A stretch of 64,000 bases of DNA, from contig OX597824.1 of assembly GCA_951406725.2 (NCBI GenBank), forward strand, positions 84,134,001 to 84,198,000, in the 5' to 3' direction. A model generated the notes under the pieces. The model ran no database searches. It was not told the origin of the DNA and saw only the letters and a program-made list of their open reading frames with translations. The translations under genes were made by a program, and so were the position numbers. Shown piece by piece: positions 52,729 through 64,000 of this stretch; positions within the stretch are counted from its first letter, which is position 1; each line of letters begins with the position of its first letter. This DNA comes from Octopus vulgaris (lineage: Eukaryota).

Positions 52729-53412
52729 CAGTAGTTCTCATCAAGGGTTCATATGATTTTTGGGGGTCCACATAAGATTCTGTGGATCTTTTCGGTTTCA
52801 ACGGCTGTTTTTTCTAGCAGTGTCATATGAAATTGTCACCCATAATTATGACCCTAGTATCGATCTATTGCATTTCAATCTGTTTTAGGGTTAGGGTTAG
52901 GGGTGGGGGGAAGTGTATCTTTTTTTCTTCAGAAATGTAAATAAACCCAATTTGTTTCTTAAATGAGGGACATATTCATACGGCACAGAATGTTTTTTTA
53001 CCTCAATAGACATCAGTGATAAGTTGAAATTGCAGAAATTGAAGAAAAAAAAAACAACAAATATCTTACAAACTATAGAATTTTCTCAATAAAGCCAAAA
53101 GAAAAAGATGTTTTATAAACACATTCTACCAGTATACGAAGTTTAAAATTTTTTAGTTACCTAGAAATTATGTTAAAAACTGCCTTTCAAACTGAAAAGA
53201 TCCGATTCTGTTGTTAAAATTTATGTCCAATAAACTGGCTATACTTCTACAAAACACAAAATATTTTAAACAATTTTTTATACAATTCCTAATAATATTT
53301 CATTATTAAAATATAAATAGGATTTTTTCTACATTGAATGGCTGGGAGGGTCCGTCTGAGTAAAATAGGGATTAAAGGAGGTCTATAGGCAAAAAATGGT
53401 TGAGAACAACTT
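52729..53412. mobile_element. hAT-like MITE
   Basis: Ends CAGTAGTTCTCA / TGAGAACAACTT; imperfect 8-bp TSD CTTTGTAG / CTTTGGAC. Confidence 0.55.
52784..53203. mobile_element. MITE with GGATCTTTTC TIRs and 8-bp TSD, nested in the hAT-like MITE
   Basis: GGATCTTTTCGGTTT / AAACTGAAAAGATCC; exact TSD GATTCTGT at 52776-52783 and 53204-53211; internal (TTAGGG)3. Confidence 0.82.
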
Positions 53413-53512
53413 CTTTGGACAATGTAATTTTGAATGTATTGTGTTTGAACATTTGACAAGATAGCCATGGGTGAAACACTTTTAATCATGGATTTGCTTG
53501 ATCAGAGCTAAC

Positions 53513-53924
53513 TTAACCCTTTCGTTACTGTATTTCTTTTAAGATGCTCTGTGTTTCTTTCAATTATTTTAAATATAACAAAGAATTTAGTAAAATAACT
53601 TGGTTATCATTCAGCTGGTGTTAGGAACAAAAATTGTGACTAAGGTTTGGTGGAAGATTTTAATTCGAAACTTATGAAAACAAGACATTTGTACTACAGA
53701 GCCAGAGCCGGTTTCAGCAATTTGAGATGCTCTGTGTTTCTTTCAATTACTTTAAATATAACAAAGAATTTAGTAAAATAACTTAGCTAGCATTCAGCTA
53801 GTGTTAGGAACATAAATTGTGACTAAGGTTTGGTGGAAGATTTTAATTCGAAACTTATGAAAACAAGACATTTGTACTACAGAGCCAGAGCCGGTTTCAG
53901 CTGGGTTGGTATCGATAGGGTTAA
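53513..53924 (+). mobile_element. piggyBac-like MITE family 1 with internal duplication
   Basis: TTAA|CCCT...AGGG|TTAA; ~180-bp body present twice. Confidence 0.8.
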
Positions 53925-54104
53925 ATGCTAAACAACAGCGAGGAAAAACACATTAACCCATTAGCATTTGAACTGACCACACCCAGCAACCAACACAGCA
54001 ACTGTCAAACAATAGCCCACAAGCTAACAAAGAAGCCCCTTGACCTGCTAGAAAGAAGCACCATCCCTCGTATTACATCCCAACTGCTTTAACCCTATCA
54101 TACC

Positions 54105-54335
54105 TATTTCTTTACTACTCACAAGGGGTTAAACACAGAGAGGACAAACAAGGACAGACAAACGGATTAAGTCAATTACATTGACCCCAGTGCGTAACTG
54201 GTACTTAATTTATCGACCCCGAAAGGATGAAAGGCAAAGTCGACCTTGGCGGAATTTGAACTTAGAACGTAGCGGCAGACGAAATACTGCTAAGCATTTC
54301 GCCCAGTGTGCTAACGTTTCTGCCAGCTCGCCGCC
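54105..54335 (-). mobile_element. SINE family C
   Basis: Full-length; further copies near 6145-6258, 27160-27372, 33650-33828 and 47455-47592. Confidence 0.88.
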
Positions 54336-55873
54336 ATCATGCCATATTCCCACTATAACAAGAATAGCTTACCCCTTTAGCATTCAGACCAGCCATTTCT
54401 GGTCCAAATATTTTATTTATTTTATGTTCAAACTGGCCAGATCCAGCCTCTCACACTTACCAGACAATGTCATTCGAAAAATAAACAATCACACCATCGA
54501 AATCTCTGAGCTGCGACCAGTAAATGCTATGAACTGTTGTTGCTGTCATTGTTTAATCCCTGGTCAGCCCTCAATCAGCAGACCTATGGTTAAAACCATT
54601 CCAGCCACAGACATTCCATTGTTTTAGGAACGTGTTGGAATACATTACCTAATGTGCACTTTCTTTACTTATTGAAAATGGTTTGGTATGGTACAAAAGT
54701 GATTTGGCTGCTGTTTCTAAATAGATCATGCGAAAATGTACAGGCCCACTCATTTGTTCATATAACGAATTTAGGTGCATGAGTGGCTGTGTGGTAAGTA
54801 GCTTGCTTACCAACCACATGTTTCTGGGTTCAGTTTCACTGTGTGACACTTTGGGTAAGTGTCGTCTACTATAACCTCGGGCCGACCAAAGCCTTGTGAG
54901 TGGATTTGGTAGACAGAAGCTGAAGGAAGCCTGTCATATATGTGTGTGTGTGTGTGCATATATGTATGTATATGTTTACTAGTCTGTGCTTGTCCCCCCA
55001 ACCATCGCTTGACAACCAAGCATAAAGTCTTTCACACCATCAAGTTTATAACTCTTCTTTGACATTCAAGTGTAGAAATTTTCTATATTGCTCAAATGTA
55101 TTAATACTGAATGCCATCTAAGTCCCATCTTCTATAAAATATTACTTGTTTGTCAACACAGTGCAATACCCTCATTTTTAAAAAAAATTTTCATTTTTTA
55201 AAATATTTTTTCATTTTTTTATTTTTTGCATTTTCAAAAAACAGGATTTCCAAAAATCACAGTTTTATAAACTGACATGTTAAAACAATCACAAAAACGT
55301 ATCATTTGCTCCATTCTGCTATGTAATTTTTCACTAGTTTGTCCATTTTATCGATTTCCTCTTTTCTAAAGATTGCACGATAAATACTATATTTCCTGAG
55401 GAGGCAGAAAATCACACTTTAAAAATAAAACAAAAAAAAATTTTAATAAAAAACGGTGAGGAAAGAAGAACAATTGGATTAGAATAGGTTTTTTTACTAT
55501 TTTTTAAAAAAATCTTTAGACAATGATAATTCACTGTAAAATAAAAATATAAACAACCGTCATCTTCCAAAATATTAACTAAATAAAAAGAAATTTAAAA
55601 AAAGAAATGAAAACAAGCCCTGAAAACAAAGAATCTCTTCAGATTTTCAGAATCCTTTTGTTGTGTTCTTTTCTTTCTTTCTTATTCAATGGCAGATATT
55701 TTTAGAAGGGTTTTTGTCCTCAAGCACTGGATTTATTGCATTAACTAGTTGCATAGAAGTTTTCTATCCAGTTTGATTTCATTACTATAATTTGATAGAA
55801 TTTTGAAGATCTATAGTTTAAACATGACAACAAATTCACCCCCTTGTATATATATATATATATATAAAAATAT

Positions 55874-55906
<33 letters not shown>

Positions 55907-55909
55907 CAT

Positions 55910-55980
<71 letters not shown>

Positions 55981-56201
55981 TGTATGTATAAGATAAAGAA
56001 AAGAAATTGCAAAATAAAATATGAAATACAAAAATATGTATGTGACAGAGATTGGAGGAGATGTTTTTTTGATTTTATTTATCATTTCATGTTAGAGGCT
56101 TAGAGGTTCCTTTTTGTAAGTTCTATGTGAACCATATCTAAATGTTTCAAGAACTGCGGCAACATGCTTCCAAATGAATAGGAAATCAAGGAAACAAAAA
56201 A

Positions 56202-56227
56202 ATCAAAAATCAGTTCCAATGTATTTT

Positions 56228-56285
<58 letters not shown>

Positions 56286-56305
56286 CATTGGAACTGATTT
56301 TTGAT
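56202..56305. repeat. 28-bp inverted repeat enclosing (TA)n
   Basis: ATCAAAAATCAGTTCCAATGTATTTTTA / TAAAAATACATTGGAACTGATTTTTGAT. Confidence 0.88.
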
Positions 56306-56331
56306 ATATATATATATATATATATATATAA

Positions 56332-56362
<31 letters not shown>

Positions 56363-56605
56363 CTGTGTATGTATATGTATGTGTGTATATATTAATATGT
56401 ATGTGCATATATATATATATATATACATACATATACCAACAATAATAGTAGTGATTATCACGAAGTTGCATAGCATTTATATATTACCTGTTTAATAACC
56501 TATTTTATATACCTGAGAGCAAACCAGTAATTGTTTTGGGGTAATCCCTTACTATTTACAAACTTACAAATATATATATACATATATAACACACACACAC
56601 ACATA

Positions 56606-56651
<46 letters not shown>

Positions 56652-56653
56652 AA

Positions 56654-56689
<36 letters not shown>

Positions 56690-57029
56690 CATATGGTAAG
56701 GCTTCAACAAGTAGAGTGGCACTTAATCAGCTAAGACAATAAAGGTAATGTTATAATAAAAACCACAAACCTCATTAAGGTTACCTTTTCTTACCCCCAC
56801 CCCCCAACGATTCAAGCCTGCCCTGAATGCAAATGTAGAGACAAATCTCAATGTCCTCTGAGGAACAAATGCAATATATCATCCATTGTTTATGAAGCAC
56901 AGCTGTGAGCAAGGTATGGCAATGTTCGATTAGAATTCAAATGTTATATTGGAGTTGTAGCAGCAAAATTTACAAAATCTGGGTAGCTGTGTTTAACAAG
57001 ATTTGTGGTTTTTATTATAGCATTATTCT

Positions 57030-57637
57030 TTTATTCTTTTACTTGTTTCATTCATTTGACTGTGGCCATACTGGAGCACCACTTTGAGGGGTTTTAGTCG
57101 AACAAGTCAACTCCAGGACTTTTTTCTTTGTTTTTACTTGTTCTATCAGTTTCATTTAGCTGACTGCTAGATTATCAGTTTGTCAAGTGGGGAATGGAGG
57201 ACAAACACAGACACTAAGATACACAAGCACCAAGATACACACACACATATAGATATACATACATATATAGATATATATACATATATCATGTTGGCGTTAG
57301 GAAGGGCATTGGCATTAGGAAGGGCATCCAGCTGTAGAAACACTGCCAGATCAGACTGGGCCTGATACAGCCTTCTGGATTCACAGACCCCAGTTGAACC
57401 GTCCAACCCATGCTAGCATGGAAAGCGGACGCTAAATGATGATGATGATGATGATGATGACATACACACACACACATATATACACATGATGGGCTTCTTT
57501 CAGTTTGTGTCTACTAAATCCACTCACAAGGCTTTGGTTGACCCAAGGTTATAATAGAAGACACTTGCCAAGAGTACCATGCGGTGGGACTGAACTTAGA
57601 ACCATGTGGTTAGGAAGCAAGCTTCTTACCACACAGC
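57030..57637 (-). mobile_element. SINE family B with nested RTE 3' end (57290-57460, +)
   Basis: Family B halves flank GTTGGCGTTAGGAAGGGC...CCATGCTAGCATGGAAAGCGGACGCTAAA(TGA)n. Confidence 0.82.
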
Positions 57638-57906
57638 AATATTCATATAGTTTTTCTTTAACTAGAAGTAGATGAGACCATAGATGATAGCACATCAATA
57701 GCAGGTTAAAAGAGAACAAAACCCTCAGATAGAAAAAGTCAAAGGCTGCCCATGAGATTTGAAACCACATTGAAATATTGAAATATATAATACCATAAAA
57801 TTTTCTGAATTATCTATGCAAGAGCATTAATGCGATTTCATACAATCTGCTAATTCCCATTAAGTATAGCGTAACATAAAAAAATAACATCAAGCACACA
57901 CACACA

Positions 57907-58525
57907 TACAAGGTAGGTGCTGAAAAGTTCCTGGCTTTAAGAGTATCGTAAAAAGCCTGGCTGGAGGCCCAACCTTCTGAGTTCTTTTACAGAGCTTAGA
58001 AAAACTGAAGGACTGCTGCAATAAGTAAGTGAATCTGAGAGGGGAATATAGTGAATATATAAAAGTGAAGTTGTGTGAGTGTCTGTCTCCTATGATTTAG
58101 ATTCCTAACTACTCCCACATTTTGCGGTGCAGTTTAACCAAAAGCGGGTATCTTATAGTTGTGATTCATATCAAGCCCTTCTGGGTATTAGCGTGCGTCT
58201 ATGATGAGTCTACGATTTTAAAAATAATTTACCATCATTTTTTTCCATTTTAAGGCATATTTTTAAATATAATGGAAGTAACTCTCTAAAAATGTCTACG
58301 ATGAGTCAACGATTTAAAAAAAAAATTACCATAATTTTTTTTCCACTTTTAATGCATTTTTTGCTATTTTTTGGCTATAACTCTCTAAAAATGCTTTATA
58401 GTTATTTCCCTTACAAACCCGAGCAATGCCCGGCGATACTGGTAGTAGTGAATAAAATCACAGTTAACTGATCCTCCTGTATTTTCTTTTACCCAGAACC
58501 AGGAATCTTTCACCACCCACTTGTA
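57907..58525 (+). mobile_element. Deleted mariner-like element
   Basis: TA-flanked imperfect TIRs (GGTGCTGAAAAGTTCCTGG / CCAGGAATCTTTCACCACC); degraded transposase C-terminus resembling EFF..GLEKL.DR..K...L.GEYVE*. Confidence 0.7.
58058..58445 (+). mobile_element. Non-autonomous Helitron, second copy, nested in a mariner relic
   Basis: Colinear with 3936-4319; ends GGTAG; lacks the 5' TC. Confidence 0.8.
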
Positions 58526-58968
58526 GATATAAATACAGATATAGACAGACATGTAATTTTAAAATCAGTGAAATTTTTTTGTCTTCTCCCTCATGTTACT
58601 ACAAAAATCACTAACAGAATAGTTTGGTTGCTACTTAATCAACTGTCTACATCAGTATATCTTCTAATACAGTTTGGTAACACACTGATATTCTTTAGAT
58701 TAATGGCAGAATATGATTAGTAATTAGTTAAAATGGAATTGGTTAAACTTTTTTTAAGTATAAATTATATGTATGCACCTGCTCTGTTCTTTTTTTTTTT
58801 TTTTTGCAATTTTTTATACAAAATGAGATTAGCCAATAAAAAGATTTTTCTTCATTTTCATCATCGTTTATCATCATTGATGTTATTGCCAGCATCATCA
58901 TCAGCCTTAGATACCTCTTCCTCTTCCCAGTTGTCATCATTGTCTTCATATATATATATGTATATATA

Positions 58969-59013
<45 letters not shown>

Positions 59014-59062
59014 GTATATATATATGTATGTATATATATGTATATATATATATATATGTATA

Positions 59063-59242
59063 TATAAAATATTATTAGAGACAAAACCACTATTTTGCAA
59101 AACAAACAAGGAAAGACTTAATCAATACATAAAATTTTAATAAATAGTCTATTTTGACTATTTATTAAAATTTTATGTATTGATTAAGTCTTTCCTTGTT
59201 TGTTTTGCAAAATAGTGGTTTTGTCTCTAATAATATTTTATA
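59063..59242. repeat. ~180-bp hairpin with 6-nt loop
   Basis: Arms meet at AGTC-TATTTT-GACT (59146-59159); (TA)n on both flanks. Confidence 0.9.
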
Positions 59243-59324
59243 ATATTTTACTATAAAATTGGATTTAATCCTAAATCTGATTTTTTTCCCTGTAAAGTTG
59301 GATTTATTCCCTAATATTTATTAT

Positions 59325-59413
<89 letters not shown>

Positions 59414-59689
59414 TGTGTGTATTTTTCCCTTGTTAACAATTAACACGCAAAAAATAGATAGTTACCTGGGTAGCAAAATATCACACAAGTAAAATGGTTG
59501 TAACTCTTTGTTTTTAGAGGTAGGAACTTCAGGTTTACATGAAATATTTTGTATAATATATATATAAATAAATAAATGGAGAAGATTACACTGTTTTACA
59601 CCATTTTATTCCTTCGGAATAATACCAGTGATATCTTCGAAACATGTGTTGGAAGTAAAAGAATTTGAATAACACCTGTGTTTAACTCC

Positions 59690-59728
<39 letters not shown>

Positions 59729-59735
<7 letters not shown>

Positions 59736-60017
59736 ATCACGTGACCGACCAGGCTGTCAGATGTTGCTACACATCGCTGGTCACAATGCGCTTCGCATTG
59801 TTTTAGCCTTCAAATGATGCCACCCTGCTGGCTAAGCGAGCAGGCCAACAGAAGAAAGAGTGAGAGAGATTTGCAGCAAAAAAGTACAGCAGGGATCGCC
59901 CCCACCCCCTGACGGAGCCTCCTGGAGCTTTAGGTGTTTTCGCTCAATAAACACTCACTGATCTGGGAATTGAAACCGCGAGTCCGTTGCCCTAACCACT
60001 GGGCCATTGCACCTCCA
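59729..60017 (-). mobile_element. SINE family A2
   Basis: Matches 14939-15211; flanked by (TA)n. Confidence 0.85.
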
Positions 60018-60018
60018 C

Positions 60019-60055
<37 letters not shown>

Positions 60056-60539
60056 CATACATACATACATACATACATACATACATACATACATACACAC
60101 ATACACACATGCACATGCATTTTAATGCATCATTGAATTTAAAATTTTGATCTATTGCCTTCTGGCATCAAAGAGAAATTTAAGTTCCAAAGTGAATTGA
60201 AAGCTCGTGGAACATTAGAAAATATGTTTTCAAAGTGTTAGGCTGTTAGAATAATAATGGCCTATCAGTAACAGAATCTTGATATGCTGCTCAGATTTGA
60301 AGGAAAATTGGCCTGGCATCAACATGGTAATTTAATCATAGAACAGAGAGAAATCTTGTTGGCTGTGTGTTGAATAAAATATTCTTTGAAATTTTTTATG
60401 ATTCTTTTGAAAAATTTATGGGTAGACAGAGGTTAAAGCAATATTTAAAAGAAAAAGAGTTTGTACGACAGATACCATCTCCTACATCTTGGAAACTGAG
60501 TTTTTTTTTTTTTTATTAGAGCTGCAATACATGTCTAGT

Positions 60540-61538
60540 TGCAGGTGTGGTCATGTGGTAAGAAGTTTGCTTTGCAATCACATGGCTCCAGGTTCATTCC
60601 CATTGCTTGGCACCTTGGGCAAGTGTCTTTTGCAATAGCCCTGGGACAATTATGTTTTGTAAATGGGTTTAGTAGATGGAAACTGAAAGAAGCCTTTCAT
60701 GTGTGTATGTGCATGTGTATGTGTGTGTGTGTGTTTGTCTCCTACCACCGCTTGATAATCTGTGTTGGTTTGTTTACGTTTATGTAACTTAGTGGTTTGG
60801 CAAAGAAATAAGATTGATTGAAAAAGTACTAAGCTTAACAAAAATTGGTCAATTTGTTTGCCTAAGCTCTCCAAGATGGTGCCCCAGCATGGCCACAGTC
60901 TAATGACTGAAACAAGTAAAAGATAAAAGATGCAGTCATTGTCCACGAAGTCCTGGAGTCTACTTGTTTGACTAAAGACCCATCAAGGTGGTGCTCCAGC
61001 ATGGCCACGGTCAAATAACTGAAACGAGTAAAGGAATAAAAGAATTTAGTTGTATCTTCATCTTTTATCAGATATGTGTTTCAGTCATTAGACTGTGGCC
61101 ATGCTGGGGCACTGATTTGAAGAGTTTCTAGTTGAATGAATTGACCCCAATACTTATTTTTTTTTACGCCTGACACTTATTCAGTCAGTCTCTTTTGCCA
61201 AACCACTAAGTCACAGGGATGTAAACACACCAACACCAGTTGTCAAGTGGTGGTGGGGGCAGAAACACAAACACACACACACACGCACACCTATGTATGT
61301 AAATACACCTATGTATGTATGTATGTATATATATATATATATATAAATATATACACACACACACACATATATATATATAAAATGGGCTTCCTTCAGTTTC
61401 CATCTACAAAATCTACTTACAAGGCTTTGGTCAGCCTGAGGCTGTAGTAAAAGCCATATGCTTAGGGTGTCACACAGTGGGACAGAACCTGGAACCACAT
61501 GATTAGGAAGCAAACTACTTACCATGCCACCACACCTA
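60540..61538. mobile_element. Older SINE family B copies, tail-to-tail (60540-60930 +, 61075-61538 -)
   Basis: Diverged heads and tails recognisable; extra tail fragment at 60950-61045. Confidence 0.75.
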
Positions 61539-61930
61539 TATATATATATATGTAGTTTGTTATATTTTGGGAGGGTCATTGTACCAATGATAAACACATG
61601 CACTGGGTCTATTTCACTTCTGCTGTTATTAGTCAATTGGTTAAACCCTTAACCAGTTAACTAATTCATTGTTTGATTAATTATTCAGTCAATCAATCAA
61701 TCAGCTAGGTTTGCCAAGGTCCTTTCGTTACCAATCATGACCTCATCATTGACATATCCTCTCCACTGCAGCTCTCTCTGTTAATTAGTAATTTGGCTAT
61801 TAGGAAACAATAATATTGTATTTTATTTTTATTAATAATATACTCATGTTGCTACCTAATTAGTGTTAGTGCTTATTTTTATTGACTTCTGGATTTTGAG
61901 ACAATACACACATATATGCACACACACACA

Positions 61931-61967
<37 letters not shown>

Positions 61968-62151
61968 TCATATATGCTCAGCAGATTAGACTGCTGGAAA
62001 AAATTCCTAACATCAGGCTGCACGAAGTAATCTTAAATGCACAGAACCTTCCTAAGTATCCTTATTATTACTATGGAGTGAGAAGGAAAAATAATCGCCA
62101 ACGGTACACACACGGTCACATTTTGATACATACATACATACATACGTATAC

Positions 62152-62189
<38 letters not shown>

Positions 62190-63439
62190 TGTGGTATATC
62201 TGTTATATACAGTATAGAGTATAGCTAATATATATCTAATAAATAACACCGTATCAACATTTTCTTTAACTTTTCTTAACCACTGAACATAACCTTTAAT
62301 TCTGTGACCCAAAATATTTTATATTCATAGCTACAACATAGTATTTTTAGCTTTCATTCACCTTTTCTCACACATATTTTCATGAGAAAGGACACGCACT
62401 GAGTATTTTATTAAAATTTGTAATGTACTGGTTCAGCATAAATTTTCTTGCTAATTAATTCTTTCCAATGTAAAACACCTGAAACCACCTCTGGCTCAAT
62501 AACTCCAATGTCCCGTTGTATAGTGATCTAAATTAGAAAATTTCATCAAAATTCTAATTTAATTTTTGTTCCAAATATCAATTTAATAATAACAATGTTG
62601 TTTCACTGAATTCTTCAAAATTATTCGCAACAAACGCAATGTATTTCAACAAAAATATAGCAATGAAACAGTTTAAAATTTTTATGCCAATAGTACAATT
62701 TTTTTTAAAAAAACAATACAACCTGAAAAAACTTAATTAGTTCACTATTCTGCATAGTACAGGCTAACGGAATTTATATCTGTCAGGGTGATCAATTAGA
62801 ACATTTTAAGCGAGAAAATTCCATCAAAATTCTATGATAATTTTTGTTCCAGACATCAGTTTGATAATAACAAAGTTCTTCCACTGAATTCTTCAAAATT
62901 ACTTGTAACAAAGGCAGTATATTTCCACAGAATTATAGCAATGAAAGAGTTGAAAATTTTATACCAATTGTATATTTTTTTTTTTTTTCACAAAACAACT
63001 TGGAAACTTAATTTGCTCACTATTCTGGGTTATAGAGGCTGACAGCATTTATGTTCATCTGGTTTGCCAGTCCTCAGTCAAAAAGTCCAACCCATGCTAG
63101 CATGGAAAGCGGACGTTAAACAAATGAACCAACTCAGAAAAATATTAAAGGCGGTGCTCCAGCATGGCCGCGGTCGGATAACTGAAACAAGTAAAAGAAT
63201 AAAAGAATATTTGGTTAAGTGTCGATTAATTTTTCCTGAAGTATTTATTTTAACTGTTAAAATGATATTATCAATAGGACTTTAACCTTATCAACAGTAA
63301 ACTTCCTCCAGGGTTGGGCCTCTTGTTCTACTCTGGATTTTTGCTCAAGTGGAGTTGCTTTCAACATTCTCAAAATAATAACCTTCCTTCAGGTTTTGTG
63401 ATTTGGCTATAACTTCAGAATGACCGTATTAGATGAGAT

Positions 63440-63832
63440 GTGGAGGTGCAATGGCCCAGTGGTTAGGGCAGCGGACTCACGGTCATAAGATCGTGGTTTC
63501 GATTCCCAGACTGGGCGTTGTGAGTGTTTATTGAGCGAAAAACACCTAAAGCTCCACGAGGCTCCGGCAGGGGATGGTGGTGATCCCTGCTGTACTCTTT
63601 CACCACAACTTTCTCTCACTCTTACTTCCTGTTTCTGTTGTACCTGTATTTCAAAGGGCCGGCCTTGTCACTCTCTGTGTCACGCTGAATATCCCCGAGA
63701 ACTACGTTAAGGGTACACGTGTCTGTGGAGTGCTCAGCCACTTACACGTTAATTTCACGAGCAGGCTGTTCCGTTGGTTCGGATCAACCGGAACCCTCGT
63801 CGTCGTAACCGATGGAGTGCTCTCTCTCTCTA
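63440..63832 (+). mobile_element. tRNA-derived SINE, family A
   Basis: A box TGGCCCAGTGG and B box GGTTTCGATTCC; TSD ATTAGATGAGAT at 63428-63439 and 63833-63844. Confidence 0.92.
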
Positions 63833-64000
63833 ATTAGATGAGATATTGTTTTAAATAATCAAGCTTCCATTCTTGCCATTTGTTTTCTCTGGTAAACTCA
63901 TTTTTGAACTTTTGCATAGACGCAAATGGTAGAGAGACAGTGTCACTAGTGTATTGATATTTGAAAGCAACTCCCATTGTTATCTTTTGTATTTTTCTTA

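Noticed and set aside
52885-52910. TTAGGG repeats (also CCCTAA near 27650) as a telomere
   Set aside because: Only about three units, interstitial, and the 52885 block is inside a MITE.
63440-63515. SINE heads as functional tRNA genes
   Set aside because: A and B boxes are present, but each continues into a SINE body with a TSD and lacks a clean cloverleaf.

Overview
Eukaryotic, AT-rich, repeat-saturated genomic DNA. The tRNA-derived SINE families, RTE LINE tails and very high microsatellite load suggest a coleoid cephalopod, most likely Octopus (inference). Almost all ORFs in the supplied track are microsatellite or SINE artefacts. The one convincing host coding segment is missing from the track: a 95-nt first coding exon at 21126-21220 (+) reading MPLFSRKHEADKKHNRDTDIKKRYEFKETLG(T) and ending in a GTAAGT donor. 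This is the N-terminus of Ca2+/calmodulin-dependent protein kinase I (CaMKI). I found no second exon, so about 43 kb downstream appears to be one large intron, and a GA-rich putative promoter/5'UTR lies at about 18.4-20.5 kb. The rest consists of modular tRNA-SINEs, LINE relics (RTE, R4/Dong, CR1/Jockey), MITEs (piggyBac-like, hAT-like, mariner-like, 8-bp-TSD type), two non-autonomous Helitrons, a tRNA-Glu pseudogene, a 1280-bp SINE-mediated tandem duplication and a 100-N gap. The most notable non-genic signal is a set of Penelope-like terminal-repeat remnants, mostly embedded in (TA)n tracts. Several carry minimal type I hammerhead ribozyme folds and/or form near-perfect 100-220 bp palindromes. 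No prokaryotic-type system (CRISPR, operon) is present. Repeat coordinates were read by eye and edges are approximate.
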